Below are positions 11,443 through 24,508 of a DNA stretch of 64,000 nucleotides, piece by piece (the stretch's first letter is position 1; every line of letters begins with the position of its first letter). The DNA is from Lama guanicoe (Eukaryota), in assembly GCA_013239625.1 (NCBI GenBank), contig MU056000.1:9370232-9434231 (forward strand). The letters are read 5' to 3'. The position numbers and the translations under genes are program-made. Below the pieces are notes generated by a model. The model worked only from the letters and a program-made list of their open reading frames with translations. It was not told where the DNA came from and did not search any database.

Positions 11443-11900
11443 TTCTCACAGGAGTGTGTCCTCTAAATAGGAGAGTGATGCCCTCTGTGTTATGGTTTGG
11501 GTTGAGATTTGAGGCATCCCAGCAGCTTGAGTTTTAAGAAGGAAAGTGTCAGCTTCAGCTTTAACTGAGTGCACTTTTAGGCGTCAAACATAAATATGAA
11601 AAAAATTTCCAGTCATTGCTACCACCAATTGAGAATAACCTTCCGTCTATAAACAAACCAATAACAGAAATAAAATCCAAAATTAGCTGAAGGAGGGAAA
11701 TCTAGAAAAATAGAGTGAGCAGAATGAAAGAGCAGCCGTTTATGCTTCACCTCTGCAAGCCAAGGAAAGACGCCTGCGTGTCTGGACTCAGGCTGCCCAC
11801 GAGGTACATTTTTTCAACAATGCAGTTAACCTGGCTCTATCAGTTGATGACCTGAAGGCACATCTCAGTAAATGACCTCCAAAACTGAGAAAAGATTATT

Positions 11901-12352
11901 TGTGAAAGAAGTCATTATCACGGCTCTTAAACAGATATAATCCGAACATTGTCAAAGTTGTTTAAAACTTATTAATAAGTGAGGAAACCAGTAAACATTT
12001 CAAGTGGTTCAAAGGAGAATCCAAAGCACAACACATACACAGGGAAACAGGAAAAGCTGAAATAAATGTAGAGATACATGCAAAACAGGTCTATTCCCAG
12101 GGTAATAACCCACTGCATTCTACTGGACACAACTAATTTACATATTTATGGACAAGAATCATTTGCATTATTATCAGTTTTATACAACTTACAGAAGATG
12201 TAACATAACCCAAAACTATAAAAGGTAGAAATAATATAAAAGGGATTTTCTATTCCAGAATGAGTACATTTTCTTTTTCTTTTTCTTTTTCTTTTTCTTT
12301 TTCTTTTTCTTTTTTTTTTTTTTTTTTTTTTTTGCCATTTCAAAGTCTTTCA
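11901..12352. mobile_element. candidate old ERV solo LTR (unclassified)
   Basis: ~450 bp bounded by inverted termini TGAAAGA (11903-11909) and TCTTTCA (12346-12352); no TSD recognised. Confidence 0.3.
12269..12333. repeat. (CTTTTT)n plus poly(T) tract
   Basis: Direct reading; source of the poly-K/KR minus-strand ORFs. Confidence 0.95.
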
Positions 12353-13654
12353 CCATATCCCATGGCACAACATGCCCGACCAGGCATCCCCACATGACGT
12401 GTGACCCTATTACAGTGAAAATCAAAGAAGGCATTTCTCTCAACCTCCAAGTCTCACACTTTTTTTTATAATTGAGATAGAATTCCATGCTTTTGTTGAA
12501 TTGCTTCTTCCTGGAATTGATCTACAAGTCCATGGAGATTAGACCAAAATAGTGTGCGTCTACTGTAATGAACTCAAAACCATCTCACCTAACTAATTAC
12601 ATACGTCTTTAATTATATACTCTGTGATATTCCCTATTAAGGCTCTCCTTAGTAGTTTCTTGCATTGCAGAATTTGTTTATAAAAGTCTTTTTGGGTACA
12701 CTCTATATTTCATTTACATTGTACAGTGGCCACATCCAAATTATCCCATGCTTTTGCCCATAGAACTTTTATTAATGAAAAACACACCCACTCAACATTA
12801 ACATTATGAGCTGGTATACTGAGCTTACTGACATTAAGTTAACAATTCAGAGTATCTTTTCAAGTTTGATTTGCTGAAATGCATAATGGCATCTTTCATG
12901 ACATAACTTGCTTCTTAATTTTTTTAAAACTACATCGAATCTTTTGATCAACAACTTTTTCAAATGGTGTCCCTTGACAAGAAACAAACAAATGAACAAG
13001 AATTAGTATCAATTTTTTAATCCCTTCTTGTTCAGTGCTACACATGATGATGCCAGTGGTCCCCATGCTGGAAAAGTATTTAGTAACATCAACGTAAAAG
13101 AATTAGATTCTTTAAGGGATGAAATCTATTTCAAATGAGGGTCGTGACAGTTGCCATAGTTATCACTTCAACTCAGAATTTCTTGTTCATTATAATGTCC
13201 CTTTTAAGAACAGCCTTGACACTTAAGATAAGATTTTGTCATTTCTCTCTTTAACACATTCAACAAGTTCCCTGAAGCAATGAAGTCCTTCAATAATACT
13301 GTTTGCAGTTCTTTCAATTTGCATAATTCTGTAGCTAAGGAGATGCTGAATAAAAAATAAATAGGCCAGACAGTAAGTTATTGTAAAAGTCAATAAAAAA
13401 GTAGACTTTTGTTCTGAATTAAAATATGATTTCAATACTTAAACTGAGAATTCTTTCAGCTCCAATTTTTCCAGGGACCAATGGCTTTTGAATGTGAAAG
13501 AATTGGAAAATGGAATTGGAACTCCAATTGTCTTATAGACATTTAACTAGTTTTAAAGAAAACAGTTATCTTAGGCAAGTTGTCTCATAAAACTTGCTAC
13601 CCAGTTCATTTCAGGCTAAGATAACATAAATTTGAAAACAAAGTAAAAGCAACA

Positions 13655-13790
13655 CCAAAATATCACATATAAACATAGATGCAAGTATGCAAATAAAGTA
13701 TTAGGTAAGAAAATCAAGCAATGTATTTTAAAAACCATATTTTATTATTAGAGTCTATATCAGGAATGCAAGAATGGTTCAACATAAGCA
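13655..13790 (+). mobile_element. old L1 ORF2 (RT domain) fragment
   Basis: ataaacatagatgcaagtatgcaaataaagtatta...caggaatgcaagaatggttcaacata matches NIDAKILNKIL...PGMQGWFNI. Confidence 0.65.
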
Positions 13791-14449
13791 AGGTCTGAAA
13801 ATACACAATCCAAGGAATTATTGTTGCAAATGTAACTTAATTTTCCATGGCTCTTTTCATAAAATGAGGGATGACCACTCTCAAAGAACATTAGAATTCT
13901 ACGAGACATTTTGAATTAACCTCCACTATAAGAGCACGTGACATCCTCATTTGGTGGCTAAATAACCACTCGGCACAGTGTTGCAAAGGTTGGCCAGTTG
14001 GAAACTGGAAGACTGAGATCTTATGAAATAACTGATATTTTGTAATAGTTATGAGCATAAATGATATTTTGAGATACTTACAACAGGTATAATGTGTAGA
14101 AAAATATCCATGATTTCTGTTTTTATTAATACCACAAATAATACTTAATAATATTGAGTTTTTACCTATATTTGTAGTGAAAAGAAATGCTAACTTTCTC
14201 ATAAGAAAATTACCCTTGCAGATTAAAGAAAATAAAGAGCAACTATTTTTGCATACAAGCTCACAAATATCCTAAGTTCCATTCTTACCCCCTTGGCAGA
14301 CCATCGATCAAGGTTAAGAATCACTGTGTCAGACTCAGATAACATTTCATCCCAGTGTATTAATAGCACTTACACATATAATAATAATATTTACCACAAC
14401 GAATAGAAAATAGAAGAATAATGGAAACTATTTGCATGTACTACATGTT

Positions 14450-14570
14450 TATTCATCTTCACAACAGCACTGTGAGGTATGTATACGAATTACTTTCATT
14501 TCATGTTGAAGAAAGTGAAGTTTAGCTGCAACAAATTATGGCACACATAAAATTAGTGGAAGTCAGAACT
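14450..14570 (-). mobile_element. MIR SINE fragment
   Basis: atcttcacaacagcactgtgaggta...gaagaaagtgaag is the MIR core, reverse strand. Confidence 0.5.
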
Positions 14571-16374
14571 ACACTCTTACATTTAATATCAATGTCAATA
14601 TCAGTACTTCACCAGATGATGAAAACATGAAACATGAAGCAAACATACAGATGTGGTGTGTGATGGGGAAGTATTTATATGAGACTTTCAATAGGACCCC
14701 ATGCTCAGCCCATACTGGATGATTAGACAAACTGTAGAAAAGACTAGCTGGAGATTTTAGAGTGAGAAATAAGATATAATATGAAGATAGAAGAATTAAG
14801 CAATTGAACAAAAGAGGGTGAATGTCGGTCCTTGAGTCAGAAGTGTAGATAGGAGGTGAGGGATAAGGGCATTGGCTAAATACCGGTTGATCCTAAAATT
14901 GGGTAAAAGAAGTAGCCAGATGCCTTCACAGCAAGGCTAACACTTCCCACACTTACTGTGGGTCAGTGCTTTCCAAGGAAGAACACGGGTTCAATCGAAG
15001 TGGAAGAGACTGCAATTACCTTCCACACCATGAGACGGCGCTATTGAGCTGTCCTGACAACTTCAAATCGCCATTGCAGGTTTGGGATACAAGCATTTTT
15101 TGCTCAGTTCTGCATAATGGTATCTACTAAAATAAGTATGTAGGAACCTTCTACCTGTCTGTTATTTGTTTATGATATTTACTAGCAAGGTGCTAGATAG
15201 TTAAGTATGTGCTAGATACAGTTAACATTTCACCACCTGCAAAAGGTGTTTAATAAATTACTCTAAACTTTGATGGTGTCACCTGGCAGTATTCCTAATT
15301 GAGGAGTAATCTAAAAAATAACTTCGTTGTAACCATAACTTAAGCTGTATGTCTAAGGCAGTATTATTTGTTAGGAAAAAGCAATAATAATTTAATGATA
15401 ATTATTGTGAAAACAGACACTAATCTCAACTGCACACAAATGATATGCCTCTCTAGTTAAAACACCTGAGCCCATTTACAGCTCTCTCATTATTGAATCT
15501 CCAAAGACCAAACAAAAACAGTGGTGTTTTTAATTATCCTGATTGCAACCCACATTAAATAAACATTGACCCCGGAAGGATATGCAGAATTGTGAATTTT
15601 GAAGCCATTTAGATATCAATTTTATATTCAGAGAACTGTAGCTTTTCCAGCAAAAAACAACAAAATAAAAAAGTATATAATCTTTATATATCCTGGAAAA
15701 TACTGACTTTGTTTCATTTCTATAATTAATCTATTATCCATATATAAAATAATAGAAGTTAAAATACAAAAGCAAAGAGTGCATGCTTTATATATACCTT
15801 TTATAATTTTCTGTATACAACTATAATGAATTTGAGGCATAACAGAAATAAAAATTTTATGTCTGCACATTTTTCATAGCTAATTTATATACCTAAAAAA
15901 TTCTGCAAATAAAAATTTAACGCTTAAAAAATTCCAAATAGGAGATTAGAAAATGGAATTATCTACCCCGATTACCCTCCACAGAAGATGAGTTGATAAA
16001 TTATTGGATAAACACATTATTTGGTGATATGGAGGTAAACAGCAAAAGAATTAAATTTTTAAAAATTTAAGTTTAAATATTTTGTTCTAGAATGAGATAA
16101 GAAGTTGGAAAAGAAAAAAATTGAAAAGACATTTAAACCCATTTGAACATAAAAATTTTAGCCATGTACATTTGTGGCTTTCAATATTTCAAACTTTAAA
16201 AATTAATAAATGTACTCAGTTCCTCTTTTTAGGATTTCTGTCCCAAATCTATTCCTTCTTATGGTATGAACTGATCAGTAGTGTTAGCATAAATTATCCT
16301 TTTCTTGCATGCAAACACCAATAGTTATAGTTAGGGAATATAAGATTTCTTTAATTGTAAATGATATAGATTTT

Positions 16375-16570
16375 GGCATCTTATACCAGGATAGCGGCAG
16401 TAGGGTGGTAGGTAGTGAACGTATTATGAATATATTTTGAAGTTATAGCTAACAGGACTGTCTGAGATAACTATGACAATGGGAGTTGTGAAGAACGCCT
16501 CCTGTATTTTTGACCATAGTGACTGGGAGAATGATTTTCTGTGGTAGGAAAGACTATGGAAAGAGAAGGT
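16375..16570 (-). mobile_element. L2 fragment
   Basis: gaatatattttgaagttatagctaacaggact, tttttgaccatagtgactgggagaatg. Confidence 0.55.
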
Positions 16571-16585
16571 TTATAGGATAGAAAA

Positions 16586-17132
16586 TTGCAGCAAATTAAA
16601 GGCAACCAAAAATTCTTTAGCATATATACCATTGAGAGGTAGGTCAATGCCTTTGCCCTTGAACCTGAGTGGGCTCTGTGACTTTTCACTCATGGGATAT
16701 GTTGTGTGTGATGCTGTGCCAGTTTCTGGACACAAGGCCCTAAGAGGTTGGCAACTTAACTTTGTTTCTTGGAACACTCGCTCTTAGAATCTGAAGTTCC
16801 ATATAAGAAGTACGACTACTCTACTCTACCACACTGTAAGGAAACTCAAGCCATGTGGGGGGTCATGAAGGATGAAACCATATGAACCGTGATGGAGATG
16901 AAGGAGAGACAAAGAAACACAGAGAGAGCGCCACGTATGAAAGAGAAGAAGCCATCTTGGGAGTGGATCATTCAGTCCCAGACACCCCAGCCAATGGCAT
17001 GTGGATGACAAACTATCTATCTGATATCTCCAAATTTGCAACCTACAAGATCCAGCACAAAAATAAAGTTGCTATTTTAAAACATTAAGTTTAGGAGGAG
17101 TAGTTCACTACACAGCAGTAGATTATCAAATC
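16586..17132 (+). mobile_element. MLT1G/H-type MaLR LTR
   Basis: ccattgagaggtagg..cccttgaacctgagtgggctctgtgact..gaagaagccatcttgg..ttgctattttaaaacattaagtttagg..cagcagtagat. Confidence 0.75.
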
Positions 17133-17224
17133 AGGACCAGGAGTTGAGTTTTATTCATGCCAATTTTGAGAAACCCATAAATACTCAAGTTTCAACATAT
17201 TCTAGCTTTGGGATATTTGACAAT

Positions 17225-17310
17225 TTGTTTCTGAGGATTAAATGAGATAATGTCTGCAGAGCGCTTATTTCCTCCCTGTTATAAATCACTCAACAAATGT
17301 TAAATTATTT
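17225..17310 (+). mobile_element. MIR 3' fragment
   Basis: tgaggattaaatgagataatg..gcgctta..ctcaacaaatgtta. Confidence 0.55.
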
Positions 17311-20019
17311 TCAATTTTTAAAGTCACCTGATAGCCAAAGAACAGAGGAAATTAATTATGTTATGAATCAGAATGCTGTATAAATTTTATGGTAATTAAT
17401 CATGCAGAGATGTAGAGGGGGAAGGAACACATGAAATCAAGAATGCTTACATTAATACAGCCTATTTTATAGTGGATGGTCAGTAGATATTCTTTAAATG
17501 TAATACTTCATAAAAGGTTTATATATTACATATATGTAATATATATGTCTTAGAAGTTAATTTCTATAATAATCTGAAATAATATTTCTAAGATAGAAAG
17601 GGAAAAGGGGACCAAATTGATGCTCTATTGAAAGCATGATAATTTGTTCTTCCTGTAGCAGAAAATCATATGTTTGTAGTTTTGTACAAAATATTATGCA
17701 CTAATGTGTGTGTGTGTGTAGGGGGGTGTAAGTATAATGGAAAGCAATATGGATTGTATAATGCATTTATAAAGATAATATTAAATATATATTTCATATG
17801 CCAGAAATAAATTTTGAAAATTATGCAGTAAATTGTGGATTGTAGGGGAAGGGAAAATAAGAAAACTTCTCATTTTTACTTTCATAATTTTGCAAATTCA
17901 AAAGAAGACTTTACAAAGTACAGTGAAATTAAAATTCCAGTTATTACTCAATACACTTTTACAACATATGTCAATTCTCATCCAATGCATAAGAATTAAA
18001 ATGCCCACATTTTACTTAAAATGTGAAGTATCTATACAGTTATGAATGTGGTTTTTAAACTAATCACCATGGTAACTAGTTCTATATAAGAATTAACCTC
18101 ATGTCATAGTGTTCATTTTGCCTTATGCAAAACTTCTACCTCATAATCCCATTAATCACTTATTTCTGTTATAACTATTATTATTGACTATTTGGTTTAT
18201 GTTTTCTAACCAGAAGGAACCAGAAACAGACAAACAAACAGTCAAGTCGATGAATCTGCAGTCTTTATGGTGAAATATCCTGAGAGAAGAATCACTCAGT
18301 AGTCCCTTTCTGGCACTGTCAGAATTATTTTTCAAAGACCTCGGCCATAAAGAATTCTGTCACTAGCTCAGGGTCTAAATTTATTTTATGAAGAAAAACA
18401 GATTTAAGCGAAAGAAGGCTAAGGTATTTTATTGCACTGAAAAAAATTTAGTTTAAGAAACTAATGCAACACCATAGACGTTTTATTAAAATTCCGTCAA
18501 GTCTCCATTTTCTTTTTCTGCTTTGCCTTCCTTATCTTTGCTGCAGATTCATTATCACCTACTATGTATAAAATGTGCTCCATCTGTCGGAGGCCTTGGG
18601 ATGCTTTTGCAGCCTAATGTTTGAGACATTCTAATTCATCACCATGCAAGAAATGATGATACATTTAGTGCATCATTTCCCTGAGGACTGTATGGTGACT
18701 CGACTATGGGGTAGAGAGAGTGACATGAAAGGTCATTCCCATCTCTTAGTTTTGTGATAAAGCACTGAGCATTGGTTGTGTTTGCTGCCACAGGATTATT
18801 AGCCAGTTTAAAAGGTAGATGTGCAACCATTTGGGTATAAAAATGGTAACAACTGGTAACTCAATATAGAGGGTAAAATACAAAAATTGTGTGAGATTCT
18901 GATAGTAGATATCACCAACTTCAAGGATACTGGAGCACGACAGAGCCTCCACGACTTGAACCATCATATTAAACTGTTGAACAAGTTAGGAAGGCTGAGT
19001 ACCAGGAAGGAAAAATAACCAGAAAGAGATTTTGAACCACTTTCATAATTCTTGCCATTTCCAAACAAACCACAGGACAATCTCCATGAATTTACTAGCT
19101 CAAGAGCTCTGGTGGGAGCTGCAAATGGAGATTCTGACAAAAAAGAAGAACCACAGGGAGGGTCACAGAGCAATGACAGGCATTACTAATTTGAAATAGA
19201 AAAACTGAGCCCAACTGCCTTCTACTGACCACTGGGGAAAGATCTAGGTTTCTGTCGTCCACAGCAATTCTTGGCAAATCCCATCACAATCTAACGCATG
19301 TTTCTCTGCCTAGTAATTAAAACCCAACATGTTCCAAGAAGTTGCAAGAGACTGAGGTCAAAAGACTATGTTAGGGCAGCTGAACTAGCTCAGCTGCATT
19401 TCCAGAGGACAATTGCTTTTCATAATTAAACTTTAAACAGCGTAATTTGGAGAGGAATGTACCCACCTCCTAAGGCCCATTCTGATACGGTCAAAATTTC
19501 TTATAATGGGATGTTCCTGGAACAGAGTCAGGGTATTCGCATAGGACCTGGAAGCCACATTGCAAACAAAGTGCCATTGGAAAAATCTTCGGTTGCTTTA
19601 TCTTTTATGTATATTCCTTCCTCTCCATCCTCCCATTTATAGCCAGCCTTTACCTTGTAAGTAGAATTTATGAAAAGCATTCATTAACACCCTTATTCCA
19701 CCAAGCACACACATCTCTTTTGTTACCTAAGTATTAAGTCAGTCAACAGTGACACCACGGTAAGGCTTTTACCCAAATATCTCTGTCTATACTCTCTACC
19801 TGTGTGCCTTTTAAAACACACCACTTCCCCAGCTTCGTTCATTAGTATTCTCTGTATCCTTTCTCATCTAGCCTTTTCAAGGATTTCTCTCTTGCAGTTA
19901 GCCCTTCTCCTTCTGTTTCTGTCTGCCCCTCTCATTGGACCCATTTAATCCATTTTGCAAACATTATATTAATTACAAAAAAAATGAGGAAAAACTTTTC
20001 TGGACTCCTATGTTAAGGA

Positions 20020-20295
20020 GTTTGACGGGTTTTTTTCATCCAAAGCTATTAGACAACCAGTGAAGGGTATAAAGCAGTAAAATATCATAAGGACTGACCC
20101 CTTGAGAATATCATCCTGGCTGCTGTGTGCAGAATCTATCGGAGGGGCTAGGTGGGAAGCAAGGAGACCCATCAGGAGGCTTGCCAGTGGCCGTATCCAG
20201 ACAGTGGCAGTGGGGGCAGACATTAGATGGATGCAGAGAGAGCGTGGTGGGAAGAACAAAAGGAGGTGGGGCTGGATCAGATGATTGGCTCAACC
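20020..20295 (-). mobile_element. L2 fragment
   Basis: atcatcctggctgctgtgtgcagaat..gaagcaaggagacccatcaggaggct. Confidence 0.6.
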
Positions 20296-20844
20296 TGTTG
20301 AATTTGGGGCCTGATGAACTTTCAAGCACATTTGTTAGACATTGGTATTCAGGGAATATATTGGTAGAAATTTTGAAGTCTTTGATCTATAAGGTCCAAT
20401 CAAAATACTGACAACTTCACACACACACACACACACCTTGCAGGTATTGGGAAAAAATGGAGAGAAAGTTATATGAATAGTATGTATTAAGAGTGCTACT
20501 ATATATACCACCTTATATATGTTTTAGGTCTATTTGTTCTCAGTTCTTATTCTGACTTATTGCTAACTACTTCATATCCTTGGCTTGCCTGGAATGCAAT
20601 TTCCTTGAAGTGTAAAATAATGAAGTTTGAATACAGAATTATAAGATCTATATCATTTCCAAGATCTAAAATTCAGTGCCTGATTTTCAAACCAATTTAT
20701 ATACCAGGAGAGCAAATTCTGTATATAATTTAAGTAATGTCCCAGCACCTCAATGCCAATCATCTGCCAATCCTGTGTTTTAAAATTCCAGGCAAAACTG
20801 GACCTTTCTTCTTAGGCAGAGAAGAGTTTAGATTCACCCACATG

Positions 20845-21260
20845 GCTCTTTTAGAATTCATCCAAAAGCAGTCCCTGAGACAAGGTTTTGAGCACATGTC
20901 AGCTCTTTGGAAAGTAAAGAAAACACTAGTGAGGGGAGAAGAAAATCAGACAAGCAAGCATAGAGCCAATAAAGGAGATGTTTCAAAGCCAGCTCTCATT
21001 GTGGGTTACTGGCCTCAAGCCCACGGAGGAAACTTGGAGGCCAGAGCCATTCCATCTGGAGGGTGAGAGAGCCGGGGGAGTTACATACCACCTCCTGTCA
21101 ATCACTGCTCCAAGGCCGTGACTCCAGCACATCCAGCCAGGGGCATGCAAGCCACAGGGCTCTTTTCTACAGCATAGGAAGTCTTCAGACAGAAAGGGCA
21201 GATGCTGGAAGTCAGGAGGCAATAGAGTCATAGGGCGAGGGGATACAAGTAAGGCCCAGT
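20845..21260 (-). mobile_element. LTR16-type ERVL LTR
   Basis: aagcagtccctgagacaagg..gccaataaagg..tgtgggttactggcctcaa..accacctcctgtcaatcactg. Confidence 0.6.
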
Positions 21261-22406
21261 TGTTACCTGTTCCACTGCCTCAGCAGGAAAATATCTAAAA
21301 CAACTTCTTCACTGGCCAGAACCCTAGGAACCCCATGCTTTGAGGAAACTGCAGGTTGGTTCCTGTGAACGGAGGAACTAGGACTGGCTAAAATGTCGCC
21401 AAGTCTTTCTCCAGCCATTGCATAGTCTTGTGATTTGCATATATTTCTGAGCATTTACTCTTACCTTTTCATAAATAGAAATGTAAAGATGTGAACAGGA
21501 ACCCGGGTGAGAAAGAATTATGACCAATACCTAAAAGGGAAAATAAAACTACTTTGAATGGGTCAAAAATTTTTACAGATATTTCATCAGCTATGCAATT
21601 GATTTCCTGGTAACTTACAGATGGAATCATATTGTGATACACATACATTTATTTCAAATGTACCTAACTTGTAAGCCTACTTTTGGAATAGAAATCTGAC
21701 ACAGTAATTAGGAATGTCGCTTTTACTTTCCAAAATAATGAAGTTAATTGAGCCATTAAGAGTTTAAAAAAATGTTGCTGATCTATGAAAAAAAATAGGA
21801 AGTCCAAGTTCTTTAGTAATTTTGCTGTAATTAATAAAAGCATTTCCTTATCTATTCAGGATGGAGTATTTTCTAATTTATTTCCTCAAATCTCTTAGTC
21901 TTCCCAGGACAAATTTTGCTAGATCATATTTCAGAAATAGGAAATAAATGATAGGTATGTTTTATTTTTGAACTTTCCTGCTGTAATTTATTTTTTCAAT
22001 AAAGATACACAGCAAGGGAATCTCTCTAACAGTTCTTTCAAATAGGTGAGGCGGGGAAAAATTTTTATCTGTCTACTGGGTGCCTAGCTTCTGAACGAAG
22101 CACAAAAGGCTTATTAAAATAACATTATTAATACTCTCCATTTCTTTCTCAGTTTGGACTTTTAAAGGCTTATGTCTAAATAGTCTTTTATACAACAGTA
22201 TGACCAGCAGTGACACATCAGCTCTGGAAGGCCAGGAATCATTTGTCCAAGTGTAACTGAGGAAGGGGAAATCTTCTATACAACTCTCATTTAACACAGG
22301 GGCTGGCAAGCTAATACATCTGTCCAGTGTATGAGATGATTGTAATTGATGACTTGTCCTGTCGGTGTCCTTGAAACATTGTTTTAAAAGTCCTAGGTTC
22401 TGTATC

Positions 22407-22854
22407 TATAGCAGATCAAATGGTGCCACCACCCCGACTCTTGAAAATAAAAGAAGATACGCCCACTCAGAATTTGTGAACATGACCATACTGGGGATGG
22501 GGACAAGGGTCTTTGAGGATGTAATTAAATCAAAGATCTCCAGATGAGATCACTTTGGATTATCTGAGTAGGGCCTTGTTCCAACGTGTTCCTATAAGAA
22601 ACAGAAAAGAGAAGATACACACACAGAGGAGAGGCCACGTGAAGATGGAGGCAGAGTTGTGCAGCCACAAGCCAAGGATCACTGGGACTACCCGAGGTCG
22701 GAGGGACAAGGAAAGTCTCCCGCCAGGCCGAGTGTTTGGAGGAAATGTGACCCTGCCATACCTTGATTTCTGACTTCTGGCTTCCAGAACTCGGAGAGAA
22801 TAAATTTCTGCTGTGTTAAGCCACTAAGTTTATGGTCATTTAAGAAACTAATAT
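22407..22854 (+). mobile_element. MLT1B/C-type MaLR LTR
   Basis: agggtctttgaggatgtaattaa..ggccacgtgaagatggaggcagag..gccacaagccaagga..aataaatttctgctgtgttaagccac. Confidence 0.8.
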
Positions 22855-22991
22855 AAGCATTATATTTTTTCTAAAAGCTATTTTTAGTCTTACTAGTGAA
22901 CTGTGGACAGTATTTTCCATTTTCATGTCACTTAAAAAGCTGTAGACGTTTGTTACTGTGATGCTGGTTTGATATTTTCAGTTTGAGCAAA

Positions 22992-23710
22992 TGTGGCAAC
23001 AATACTGGTGTTCCCTGTGCCTGTTTTCCTTGGATTGTCAGTACGTGGAGTGTGTCCACTTTCAGCAAGGCACGGCCATTTGTCTAGTTCTACTCAAAGA
23101 AATGTGAACAGAAGGAATATGATTCTCCTGCTCTTTTTTATCGCTCCAATGGCCAAGAGTCCTGGCTGGCTTGACTAAAACAGGGTATCACCAATGGGGT
23201 GGCTTTGACAAACAGTCACTGCTCACTGTTCTGGAAGCAGGAAGTCCAACACAGGGCACTAGTGTGGTCACATTTTTGGTGAGGGTGCTTTTCCTGGCTT
23301 GTAGGTGGTCGCCTTCTTGCTGTGTCCTCATGTGGCAGAGAGAGGAATCTCTGGTCTCTCTTCCTTTTCTTATAAATTCAAAAATCCCGTGATGGGGCCC
23401 CACCCTTATAACCATATATAAGCCTAATCATCTCCCAAAAGGCTTATCTCCAAATACCATCACAGTGGAGGGTAGGGTTTCCACGTATGAATTTGGCGAG
23501 ACACACAAGCATTCAGTCCATTACATCAGGGAAGCCAGTATTGGAATGGAAGTACCACCAGATCAAAGCAGCAGGTAGCTGCCCTGGAGAATCTCCCAGA
23601 CCAGTAATAGGCTTGATAGGAACAAGGAGTAAACTTCTGCCGTGTTAAACTACACAGAGCACTGTGATGTTTATTACCACAGGATAAACTAGATCACCCT
23701 ACGAGCATAT
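22992..23710 (+). mobile_element. MLT1I/J-type LTR interrupted by a nested MLT1A
   Basis: 5' part 22992-23150 and 3' part 23526-23710 (taaacttctgccgtgttaaac..tttattaccacag). Confidence 0.55.
23155..23525 (-). mobile_element. MLT1A-type MaLR LTR (nested)
   Basis: ctcactgttctggaagcaggaagtccaa..cctggcttgtaggtggtcgccttcttgctgtgtcctcatgtggcagagag..tctccaaataccatcac..cattcagtccattaca. Confidence 0.8.
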
Positions 23711-24084
23711 ATAAAGCTAGAATTAAAAGGGTGTTATTTTTAAGTAAGAATTCTGCTTATAACCCAAGAGGTAATGCCATCAGATAAATTTCTTGGGCTA
23801 CAACTGTGTGCATCCACAGATTGAAATTCCTCTGGGTATGAAGCAACTGAGCAAACATACATTGTCATAGGATTTCGCCCATTATACACACAAATTTTTC
23901 CCCTCCAAATACCACATATTACTAACTAATGCATAATGTGTAACATATAGAAACATAAAAACGTTTAAATAAAGGGCAATAATTAGATACTATGTATAGT
24001 AAATACATGGAAATTTAATGTTTCTTAAAAGTTTATTATTTGATTTAACTTTTGGTTAACATATTATATTTTAGAGAAAACAGT

Positions 24085-24508
24085 ATTTCAGCGTTCTAGT
24101 CCCTAGAACCTGTGAATATGTTACTTTATGGCAAAAGGGACTTTGCAGATGTGATTAAGAATCTTGAGATGAGATTATCCTGGGTTACCTGGGTGGGCCC
24201 AAAGTAATCCCAACAATGCTTATGAGACGGAGACAGAAAGTCAGAGAGGAGAGAAGATGCTACAGTGCTGATTCTGAAGATGGTGGACGGGGCCAGAAGC
24301 CAAGGGATGGTTACGGTTTCTAGAAGCTGGTAAACTCAAGAAAATCTCTTTCCCCACCAGCGCATTTGGAAGGCCTGCCAGTAGCTTGATTTCAGGTCAG
24401 TGAAACTGAGTTTTGGATTTCTGATCTCTGAAACTGTAAGATAATAAATATGTATTGTTTTAAGCCTCGAAATTTGTGGTAATTAGAGTAGCAATAGAAA
24501 ACGAATAT
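24085..24508 (+). mobile_element. MLT1D-type MaLR LTR
   Basis: tagaacctgtgaatatgttactttatggcaaaagggactttgcagatgtgattaag..gaaactgtaagataataaat..gcaatagaaaacgaata. Confidence 0.8.

Noticed and set aside
12146..12488. Lys/Arg-rich minus-strand ORFs
   Set aside because: They are translations of the (CTTTTT)n/poly-T microsatellite
17520..17545. Perfect 26-bp palindrome tatatattacatatatgtaatatata
   Set aside because: Low-complexity TA-rich sequence in which such palindromes arise readily
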